Below, one piece after another: positions 49,801 through 62,053 of a stretch of 64,000 nt of DNA. The notes under the pieces are model-generated. The model was not told where the DNA came from, did no database searches, and saw nothing but the letters and a program-made list of their open reading frames with translations. The DNA comes from Octopus sinensis (taxonomy: Eukaryota): assembly GCF_006345805.1 (NCBI RefSeq), contig NC_042999.1, positions 24,614,001 to 24,678,000 of the forward strand. The letters run 5' to 3'. Position 1 is the stretch's first letter, and each line of letters starts with the position of its first letter. The position numbers and the translations under genes were made by a program.

Positions 49801-52800
49801 ATTTCATGGAAATTAAACATATATTTCAAAGACACTTGATGAATGTAGCAATGAGTAGGTTTGACTGTGTAAAAAGAGTCACTCATTCACTAAAAGATAA
49901 AATATGAAGTAGAAGGAAATAATTTTCAGGTGTGCTATTGTTGAATAGCTTAGGTCAGTGGTGACAAAAAGAATTCTAGTCAGGACCATCCTGTTTTGTA
50001 TTTTTTCTCCTAGGTATTATGTAACTTTGACTATATTGTCCAATAAATCTTTATCTTTTGTGAAATTTTGCTGTTAAATATGAGGGAGATTTCACTGCTA
50101 CTTTTAAAAAGTCAATCAACCACATAGTTTCTTTTGTTGCCTCCTCTACTGTTAGTTGTCTGTTATGGTAAAGCCTGAATTTAAGTTTGTGTATGTATGG
50201 TTGCAGCATTCTCAAGAGATGGGATCTTTTCGGTTTGAACGGCAGTTTTTTCTAGCGGTGTCATATGAAATTGTCACCCATAATTATGACCCTAGTATCG
50301 ATCAATTGCATTTCAATCTGTATTAGGGTTAGGGTTAGGGGTGGGGGAAGGGTATTTGTTTTTCTTCACAAATGTAAAGAAACCCAATCTGATTCTTAAA
50401 CGAGGGACATATTCATACGGCACAGAATGCTTTTTACCTCAATAGACGTCACTGATTGGTTGAAATTGCAGAAATTGAAGTAAAAAAACAACAAATATCT
50501 TACAAACTATAGAATTTTCTCAAATAAAGCCAAGAGAAAAAGATGTTTTATAAACGCAATCTACCAGTATACGAAGTTTAAAATTTTTTAGTTACCTAGA
50601 AATTATGTTAAAAACTGCTGTTCAAACCGAAAAGATCCAAGAGATGTTAAGAAGTCTTGTGTTGTGCATCATATAGTTGACGAGCAGTGAAGGCAAGCTC
50701 ATCAGAATGGTGAGAGTCAGAGAAATATAGGCTCAGCTGATATCTAGACTATATTTGCTCGAAGCCTTTGTCTTGGATGGGACTAAGCTCTGCCCAAAGA
50801 GAAAAAGAGCTAGGGTGTCTCCCTGAATGATTCCAGCAGTTGCTGAAAACTTTTCATGCATGATGGTGATGGCTTTAACAATCTCAGCTGGGATACTGTA
50901 GTTCAACAGTATATGCAATGTAGTTCTTCCGTCGGAGAAACTATGAATGTAACTGAGGCTTTTACTTGCAGATTTTAATCTCTTCTTTGATTCTGCTTTT
51001 CTAGTCTATGTAACACTGGATTATGTAGTCAACTGCTTGTAAGAATATATATGAACAATGGGTTGTTACTTCTGGGATGCTCAGCTCAGTTAGGCCTGAC
51101 CTAGGGTTAAACAATAAGTTAATTTTATGGAGTGGTGGTTATGGTGGTTGTCATGGTAGTAGTGTAATATATCTTTATATATAAAAGAGAGGTTGTGTGC
51201 TGTCTGTCTCCTACGATTTAGATTCCTAACTACTCCCACATTTTGCGGTGCAGTTTAACCAAAACCGGGTATCTTATAGTCGTGATTCATATCGAGCCCT
51301 TCTGGGTATTAATGCGCGTCTACGATGAGTCTACGATTTAAAAAAAAATTTACCATGAATTTTTCCCATTTTTAATGCATTTTTGGCATATATAAGGGAA
51401 GTAACTCTCTAAAAATTTATTATTAAATCTCAGAACGTAAAAAGCTACAGTAACACACCCCCTTTGTGGTTAGCCATATTGAGATGGCTATTATACTTTA
51501 CATCTCTAAAAATGCTTATATAGTTATTTCCCAAACAAACCCGAGCAACGCCGGGCGATACTGCTAGTTATTTAATAAAGGCTGACAATTATAAAATGAA
51601 TGATCCAGAACTCACCAATTGTATGATCATTTCCATAGAAATTACTGACAGTTTCAAATGCCTGCTGGTAATCAAATTTTTTTTCTGGAAGTCTCTCAAT
51701 CCTGATACAGTCATCAGCTGTAGAACTAAAAATAGATTATTAAACTAAAGAACAACATTTTACAAACACATAAAACATTCAAAATAAACTATTAAGCTAA
51801 TTAATAACTATGAATTTTCCATATTTTACTTTAACCCTTTAGCATTTAGATTACTTTGTTAAATGAAATATTAAGTTACCGTAAATCTTTGAATATAGTC
51901 CGCCCTTGAGTATAATACGCAGGGGATTTTTAGGGGGCTGTACCTCTGAAAAACCTAAACCTTGTGTATAATACATGCTCCTTCTCTAACTTGAGTCATG
52001 TGTAATTAAGTCAGCAGCACCTAGTTGAACAAACACTTCCGCGCATGCGTAATACAGTAATGGTGATGTTCTTAACTGTTATATGGGAATGTAAATATGT
52101 TTGCAAATTGTTTTTGTTACATGTTATTCTGTGTTCTGAATACTTTCATTTTAATAAATGTTGCTTACTGCAAATTATGGATGATTCTTTTATGACTTCA
52201 TTGCTTTCAGGCTTAGCTTAAGGTATTTTCGCGCCTGACATCACAAAATGCGTCTGAATAAACATTGCTGGACAGCAAATAGAGACTTGGACATTGCATA
52301 GAAAATATTTTTCATTTTTAACCTCATATATAGTACGCACTGGGGATTTTGACCTTTAAATTTTGGGGAAAAAATGCGGATTATACTCGAGGATTTACGG
52401 TGTCCACAGTGTTTTGACTTAATCCTGCATTATCTCATAGCTTTGAGATTTTGATGATATGTTTATTTTTAGAATAATACTGTAAGATAGATGTGAGAGG
52501 CTAATCTGATTGGGTTGACTTTTTATTCATGTAGAATATTTAGGCTAGATATTACTGGTTTAAATGCTAAAGAGCTAAGAGACCTTAGTCTGAGCATCAG
52601 CATTTAAACTGGTCATAACCAGCCCAAATATTCTTCCTCTTTCATACTTAAACCAATCCTACAATGACATCCTAAAAATAAACAATCACACTGTCAAAAT
52701 CTTGAAGCTACAAGAAAATGTATGATTAATTCAAAATAATAATAATCATCATCATCATCGTTTAACGTCCGTTTTCCATGCTAGCATGGGTTGGACGGTT

Positions 52801-55800
52801 CAACTGTTTCTGGGAAGCCAGGAGGCTGCACTAGGCTCCAGTCTGATCTGGCAGTGTTTCTATAGCTGGATGCTCTTCCTAACGCCAACCACTCCGTGAG
52901 TGTAGTGGGTGCTTTTTACGTGCCACTGGCACAGGTGCCAGGTGAGGCTGGCAGCGGCCACGATTGGTTGGTGCTTTTTATGTGCCACCGGCACAGAAGC
53001 CAGTCAAGGCAGTGCTGGGATAAATAAGCAACAAATTGGACAAAGTACTCTGAATGCTAAATGTTTAATGTAGTTTGATAATTCGGGACTTGAAGTTATA
53101 AGTATGTTGATAATTAATCAAGTCAGTTGTGTATTCCACTGCTAAATAAACATTACATTTGATAGTGATCTGAATGTTAAAGGGTTTAAGTTGTTCTGTT
53201 ACTTATTTCATCTATGGCACTATTGTTACTGTTGTTGTTTGGTGTGCCAGGTTAGCCCAGCTAAACTATAACCAACGGCGAGCTGGTAGAAATGTTAGCA
53301 CGCCGGGCGAAATTCGTAGCCGTATTTCGTCTGTCGTTACGTTCCAAGTTCAAATTCCGCCGAGGTCGACTTTGCCTTTCATCCTTTCGGGGTCGATAAA
53401 TTAAGTACCAGTTACGCACTGGGGTCGATGTAGTTGACTTAATCCGTTTGTCTGTCCTTGTTTGTCCCCTCTGTGTTTAGCCCCTTGTGGGTAGTAAAGA
53501 AATATATAACCAACGGTATTCCTGCCACAATCATGCAGCCTTTTTTTACAACTTCTCACTGAGACAGCTTTTATACAGTCACATGCCCAGCTAGACATAG
53601 CTAGGAAACCTCCCTCAAATTACATCTTAGCATTTTAAAGAACACATCAAATCCTACCCTTTCAAAGAAGTCACTCTGGATAGTGTAACCCTGGAAAGAA
53701 AAAGAATGGCCATTAAAAAAAATACCTTAGAATAGAAGTGTCCTTGAGTAAACGTTCTGTTGCTTCTGAGAGTGTTGATGGTAGTAATATCTCCACTGGT
53801 TGGATATGCATGATTCTAGTTTCAAGATGGTTTCGACTGATCACATCATTGAAACAGTCATAAATCAAGTCTCCAGTGGCAGGGTGAACAGCCTAAATAA
53901 AGGGAAAGCAACACTTGTGATTAATCAAAAAATGACTACTAGTGGACAGCAGCAAAGCTGGGGGTACCTTCGTCATCCTTACACCAATTTTTATTGTAGT
54001 CTGATACTTGTTTATTGATTTATATTTGTGTTACTAAGTTACACCTCAACAGAAAAGGGCAGAACACAGGTTTCTACAAAAATATTCAAAGACACACACA
54101 CACACACGTCTAATCTACGCAAGCAACGAAAAGTGGATTAAAAATGATGGTGATATACAAATATACAGACCCCTTTCACTCACAAGGAATTGACATACTC
54201 AAGGCCATGGTAGAAATCACTTGTCCAAGGATGCCATGCAATGAGATCAAACTGAAACATCATGGTTATGATCAAACTTCTAAACCAGGTGGATATTTTT
54301 GACTACCAACTCATAGTGCATGAATTCAAATCTACTGTAGGTAAATGTTTTGTATTTTGGGGGTCAGTTTTAGTCTAAATTTTAGTCTAAATCAAGTGAA
54401 AAACTCAACAGAAATTATGTTCAAAATTGTTCCCCTGTGTTAAGGGTTTCTAACGAGCAAATCACTGGTGTACAACTATCCTGACTGATAAGGGATTGTC
54501 TGTGTAACCTGGTTGGAATAAATAACACAAACTCTTTTTGGTTTAACACACCAATTTATCAATAAATTCGCAAAGTGTATACTTTGCTAATATATATATT
54601 TCTCTACTACCCATAAGGGGCTAAACATAGAGGGGACAAACAAGGACAGACAAACGGATTAAGTTGATTACATTGGCCCTAGTGCGTAACTGGTACTTAA
54701 TTTATCGACCCCGAAAGGATGAAAGGCAAAGTCGACCTCGGCGGAATTTGAACTCAGAACGTAACGACAGACGAAATACCGCTAAGCATTCCGCCCGGCG
54801 CGCTAACATGTCTGCCAGCTCGCCGCCTTATATTTACTAATATATATATGAACACACACATACACACACACAGGCGTGTGTGTGTGCAATGTATTTCTGC
54901 AGAGTTTTTATCTGCCAAATTTCATAAGACACCTCCAAAAGATGTTGGGCAGCAAGATCAAATTCAAAACCACGTAGTTGCAAAGAGAACTGAACTATAT
55001 ATCTATTCTGCACCCCATTACTGGTACTATGCTGAACATAGGGCAAGAACAAGAAGAATAACTTAGCAGCTGGGGCCTAAACTAACTAGGATCTATACAA
55101 TTAAATGAGGGATAACATCCTAAATGCTACGAGGCAAAAATAATCTTTGATTAATTAACATTAGGCACAGGAGTGGCTGTGTGGTAAGTAGCTTGCTAAC
55201 CAACCACATGGTTCCGGGTTCAGTCCCACTGCGTGGCATCTTGGGCAAGTGTCTTCTGCTATGGCCCCAGGCCGACCAATGCCTTGTGAGTGGATTTGGT
55301 AGACGGAAACTGAAAGAAGCATGTCGTATATATGTATATACATATATGTGTGTGTGTATGTGTTTGTCCCCCTAGCATCGGTTGACAACTGATGCTGGTG
55401 TGTTTACGTCCCCGTCACTTAGCGGTTCGGCAAAAGAGACCGATAGAATAAGTACTGGGCTTACAAAGAATAAGTCCCGGTGCTCCAGCATGGCCACAGT
55501 TAAATGACTGAAACAAGTAAAAGATTAAAAGAGTATTAAAACTGTGATAAGTCCAGAAGTTAAAGGAGACAATTATAAAATCCTGATTTATCAAAACTTG
55601 AATGATGTCAGTGCAGCGATGACAGGAGGTGGGTAATAGTAGAAGTAGTGGCAGAGGAAAGTTATAGTGGAAATGGTGAAAGAGGAGGCCATGTGGCAAT
55701 TGTGGCAGAGGCAGCTTTGGCAATGAAAGTAACCATAGCAATAGACCAAGAAGGATAAAGAATGAACTGGTGAGATTATATCTCCAGTCGATGAGTTTTA

Positions 55801-58800
55801 TGAATTAAGACAGCACAGGATTAAGAGTAATGGATAGCACTGGCTAGACTTTTCTAATCTTCGTTAAGCAGGAAAAATGGAGCATTAGCAAATAAACAAG
55901 GGAGTATCTAGACAGTTACTTGGCCTACTAGAAACAGCAGCCAAATGTCCCTCAAATCACATTTTAGTATCTTAAAACAGAAGGGTCACATTGGTTAATC
56001 TAACTGGATGTACTATAAATAAAAGATGCAACAATTCAGATTAGAATGCTTTTGATAAAAGGTCTGCTTAATCAAGTGTTAAACAACAACATCTACATTA
56101 TTTACATTCAACGGATATTTGTCCTCATCTTGTTTGTTGTAAACACAACATTTCGGTTGATATACCCTCCAGCCTTGTTCAGGTGTCTTGGGGAAATAAT
56201 AATATAAATAATGTACATAATTCCTCATCTCTTAAATATAGAACTGAACAACGTCTACAATGTGCTAAAGCAATGATAAGTAATTTGATGGTCTTCAAGG
56301 CTGAGAGGGAATCCCTTCACACTCATGTAAAAGAGAACAGAATATAGATTAACAAATTGGATTAGTAATTTATAGTTCAAACTGCGAATTGCATTACCTG
56401 CCTCAACAATAATTTAACCAAAAGAAAGTTTGAAGAATCTCATTAAGTTTGATTGCTGGAAAGTCAAATGTTTCAGGATCTTGTCTATCAATAGAGAGTA
56501 ATGATCATCCATTTGTACCCTCCATCAAAGAGAAAGAACCCAAAATCTTAAGCCTTCCACTCACAGTCAAACTTACCAGTGCTCTACAAGTTGTACTCTT
56601 TGTTTGTTCCTTCTCGAGCCATGCCTGGCTCATAAGGGCCGGTTTCCCGGTTTCTTGGCGTATAGGTTCCCCACCTGGATGGGACGCCGGTCCATCACAA
56701 GTGAGCTGCAAGATGCAGGAGGAAAGAGTGAGAGAAAGTTGTGGCGAAAGAGTCAGCAGAAGTTTCGCCATTACCTTCTGCCGGAGCCGCATGGAGCTTA
56801 GGTGTTTCACTCATAAACACACACATCGTCCGGTCTGAGATTCGAACCCGTGATCCCTCAACTGCGAGTCCGCTGCTCTAACCACGAGGCCATGTGCCTT
56901 CACAAGTTGTACTCTACTCATCGAAATGCATATCAAGATGAAATCAAGATGAAATGTTGGTATCATTGAAAGACAGATTCAATTTGACACTGTAGTGCTT
57001 CAGTTTTAGGGATGAGTGGTTCAGTGCCAGATTTTCAACATGATCAAATACATGATCAGAGAGTTTATGTACCAATAAATCTATATTTTCCAGCAAGTAT
57101 TGATGGATTGATCAATAATTACAAAAGAAAGAAAAAAGAATTATAACCATGCATCGACTGCAATGTTAAGGAGCTAGACTAATGAATATTAGTTCAAATC
57201 GAAGAATAAACAGAGGGAAATGTCAAAGATAAGATATATTGCTCCACTTGAATACACTTTAGCAACAGTTTACAGGGTTACGTAGTGAGATATTAGAAAG
57301 AGACACTCATAAATAAAACAGATACTTATGAGTCAATGAGAAAGCTTCTACATGGTCATTCAATTTGCTACAAATAACAGTCAAATCTCTTTTAAATCAC
57401 ACACACTACTGTTTTTAAAAACTTTGACACGGAATAATGTAGTCTTACATTATATCTAAAAAAAAAGATGAGATGGATGGTCACGGATGGAACACCTTTG
57501 ATCATAGATCAAGAGATTCATGGTTGACTTTGCTGAATAACAACAGATATGAACCAACAAATTAGGATTTGCACCTGGAGTGCCAAACTTTTTTGGTTTT
57601 GTATTCTGGATTGAAGTATAAATGAGATCTCCCAGGCCAGATAAAAATTTTACTAACCACAGTTAAGGAAAGAATATAAGATGATATGTAAACAGTCTTT
57701 TAAGTAGAATGTTGATAGAAAGCTTTAAACTGTTTCAGCTGCTTTAGTTGCAACAACTTTCAATATTGTTCATATCACTAGAGACCATTTTGAACAAAAC
57801 CATGCCAGAATTTGAAAAACAAAACAAAAAAACAAAACACACACACACACAAAATTCATGGCTTGTATAGACAAAGTGAAGGGAAAGTAGGTCACATCTT
57901 TTAGTATATGGATTCATAAGCTTCTTTTTCGATGACTGAAAAAGCTCATGAGTTTGCTAATAGAACTGACTGTTTCCTACTCCAAAACTTGTGACCCTGT
58001 TTGCTTTACAAATCAATAATAGTAACTTACCACCAAACCAATGCTGAGAGATTCATTTGATTTTTTATTCTCTTCACAAGGTGTTTCAAAGATAGACATC
58101 AAGTATTGAGATACATTGGCTTCAGTATCATCACTGCAGGCAATATCATTAAGTGGAGCAACATCTACAATAATAAATATGATAATAATAGTTAGCGATG
58201 ATAAGAAAACTAGTGGAAGACATGGACAATTGTTTGCAAGAATATACTGCCGTGAATTGTGAAAGAATCAAGATCAGTGACTATTTAAACCAGTGCTTTT
58301 CAAACTTTTTGCTGGAGCGGAACCCCAAGGAAACATTCCACTGGTTCGAGGAACCCCTGTGCAATAATTTAATAGTCTTATGCACACATATCTGCACAGG
58401 AGACTTAAAAATTACTGCCGATTTTAGCAGTTTTGTAATTGGACTGTACTGGCGGAACCCTGGTTGAAAACAACTGATTTAAACAATGAAGACCAATTAA
58501 TAACGGGGTTTTGGATCCATTAACTACAGAAGAGACAGAATTTATGTGCAACTTTAAGAAGGCTAAACTATGGAGACTAAATCAAGAAACAAGTGAAGTC
58601 AATAATGTATTGGGACATGTTGAAACAAAGAACATTACACAAACAAATGATCTCATCAAGGCTGCTGGTAGGATTGTGGCAGAAAGGATGGGATTGAGAA
58701 CTGTTGACGGACAGAAGAGGAAATAAGCATTCCTGGTGGAAAAGGAGAATTTCAGAAGATATAAACTCCTTGAACAGCATAGTGTCAATGCTTGTCAGGA

Positions 58801-61800
58801 AAAGAAAAGGAGAATTGAAGAATGATCGCAAATTTGAAAAAGTGAGGAAGAATTATGGTGTAGATAAAAAAGGTCTGAATGTCGTAATTGAAGAACTGAA
58901 GCAGTGCATACTTGCTAAAAGGTTTGAACACTGGATTAAACAATACCAGCAAAACCAATTGTTTAGAATTGACCAAAAAAGATTTTATCAAGAAATCAAT
59001 GGTATAGAATGTTAAAGATTAGTTACTAATATTGATGAAAGTTGACAGATCTGGAGTAAGATATGGAATAAGCAAGAACAACATAATACAGCAGCTGAAT
59101 GACTCTGTAGCCTGAAGCAAACAGCTTCTTATCCCCAGCAAAAGGTTATCCACTTCACAGAAGACAGTATCAGAAATATGAGGACAAAGATAAGCACTTG
59201 GAAAGCAGCAGGACCTGATGGTGTACAGGGATTTTGGATAAAAGAGTTCAGTAAGCACCATAAATTGATTGCAGAGCAATTTAATGCATTAGTTGATGGA
59301 GAAGAAATCCCAGGATGGTTGACAAAAGGATGAACAATGTTGTGTCCGAAAAATGCATCATCATCATCATCGTTTAACGTCCACTTTCCATGCTAGCATG
59401 GGTTGGACGATTTTGACTGAGGGTTGGCGAGCCAGATGGCTGCACCAGGCTTCAATCTTGATCTGGCAGAGTTTCTACAGCTGGATGCCCTTCCTAATGC
59501 CAACCACTCTGAGAGTGTAGTGGGTGCTTTTATGTATCACCGGCACGGGGCCCAGTCAGGCGGTACTGGCAATGACCTCGCTCGAATCTTTTTACACGTG
59601 CCAGTGAAGCGATGTTGGTAACGATCATGCTCGAATGGTGCCCTTTTATGTGCCCATGGGTACGGAAGCCAGTTGGCTGCTCTGGCAACGATCATGCTCG
59701 GATGGTGCTCTTGGCACCCTACTAGCACAGGCATAAGTGCCAGTAAGGCGATGCTGGTAACGATCATACTCAAATAGCCGCTCTGTCAATGATCACAGGA
59801 AATGCTGCCAACACTGACAGGCCAATTTCTTGTCTCCCATTAACGTGGAAGTTACTGTCAGGAGGAACTGCAGAAGAGCTATACAAATTTCTTGACGAGA
59901 ACGATATGTTACCGATGGAACAAAAAAGTTGTAGGAGATGCAGAGGAACCAAAGACCAATTATTGGCCTGGATTGACTATCGCAAAGCTTATGATATGAT
60001 TTCACATTTGTGGATCATTGAGTGCTTAGATTCGTTTGGAATTGTGAGAAATGCGATGTATTTTCTGAAAAGTCAGAGATAAAATGCTGAAGACAACACC
60101 ATCAGTGCTGTGACTTTGGGTTTGAAAAACTAAGCTGTGCATAGTGAGAAAAGAAATATCAAAACTATAAGATTTAAAGAGTAGAAAGAAAAATGACAGG
60201 CCAGATAGCTGGAGATAGAAAGAATTGCAAGGCCAATTTATGTAACAAACCAAAAATGATGAAAAAGAAGAATGTTGGTTGTGGTTGAGAGATGGAAACC
60301 AGAAACAAGAAACTGGACTGCTAATTAAAACTGATCAGGAAAAACTTATTAGAGTGAATTTAACAAGACAAAAAGTTATAAAATTCAGTCAGATAGAAAA
60401 TATAGAATATGAAGAACAAAAGACGAGAGTATTAACCATCTTCAAGTAAATGCAGTAAGCTTGCATGTAATGAGTATAAATACACACATGAATGCATTGG
60501 TAAATGGTTGCCTTTATCCTCTGCTCCCCCACAGGATCTTCAGCTCCCTGTCACCCTCTATCTCTCTCTCTTATGCAATCTTCCCACCTGTATTCACTCT
60601 TTTAACATGGAGTAGTACTGGGTCTTCCCCCACTCAACTCATTATCTTTACCAGTGTATCCTTACATCTTTCTTGCTAATCCTTTACCTTTCCCATACTC
60701 TTTCCATTAATGCACTCTCTCCACTGTCACCCTCTTATGACAATAAACCTATTCCTCCCATTCAGACTTTAATTTCATCACTCTCTCTCTCTTCTATTAT
60801 CCATTTCAGTCATGGGGGCTCATTAGTCTTGCAAATTACAAAACACCACTAGGGCTGGCGACACGAAAAAAAAAAGCATCCTATATACTTTGTGAAGTAA
60901 GTTAAGTTAAGTTTTTGGCTCAAAAAGCAAAAAGCAAGGCCATGTAGGGGGACATAGAGTTATGTACAAAGAGGGTGTTCATGCAAAGAGTTCAGGCCAT
61001 TTCTGGTCAAGAGAGACTTTGAACCGAGCGGTCGTCAGCATCTTCACTATCTTGTCTGGAAGCTTATTCCACGGATCCGCAACCCGGACAGAGAAAGCCC
61101 CTCTCCTTCAATTGAGATGAAATCGTCGCAGTAGCTGCTATTAAGCAGGGCATTCAGTTACAGAAACCATGCTAAAACTGGGACCATTAAGGCAAGATGT
61201 GGTTCCCCGATTCCTTAGTTCATGCTGAACTATTCAATATATACTGGCATGGGAAACAAATGTAAATTGATGATGATGATGATGGTAGTGTGTGTGTGTG
61301 TGTAAAAGAAACATACTCCTTGGCCTTAAATAAGCTGAGGAGAAAAAAAAGACCAAATAATGTTTTTGGCATACTGATAATTTTGGCAGTTTAGTGTTTA
61401 CACTGTGTACTCAGTACAGCAAGATCTTAGCTGAGCCAGATGTACAAGAACAGTTAACAGCTGGTTCTGCCATGAAATCAGCTGACCTCCAAAAAGTACT
61501 AGGTAGTTTGTTACCTTGGTAACAACATTAGTTTTTGTTATCTAAGTAATTATCATCACCATCATCATCGTTTAGCGTCCGCTTTCCATGCTAGCATGGG
61601 TTGGACGGTTCAACTGGGGTCTGGAATGCCAGAAGGCTGCACCAGGCCCAGTCTGATCTGGCAATGTTTCTATGGCTGGATGCCCTTCCTAACGCCAACC
61701 ACTCTGTGAGTGTAGTGGGTGCTTTTTACGTGCCACCGGCATGGAGGCCAGGCGAGGCTGGCAACGGCCACGATCAGATGGTGCTTTTTACGTGCCACCG

Positions 61801-62015
61801 GCACGGTGGCCAGTCGGAGGCTATCTAAGTAATTATGGAGATGACTTTAGTGAAAGTACAGTTTCTTAGTATAAGAACATAAAATACCTGTGACCTGTTG
61901 GATGGTCATGGCTGGAACCCTCTGATCATGTGTCTGCTCAGTCTAAGCTGACTTGGAGATCAACAACAATTAGATTGTACAAAACATGTTTACACAGTGT
62001 AATGGAAATGAAATG

Positions 62016-62053
<38 letters not shown>

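Noticed and set aside
51717-51725. Alternative acceptor ctacag|CTGATGA for the MSH3 exon at 51.7 kb
   Set aside because: It gives the wrong phase relative to the upstream 167-nt exon; the tttag acceptor at 51725 restores the frame.
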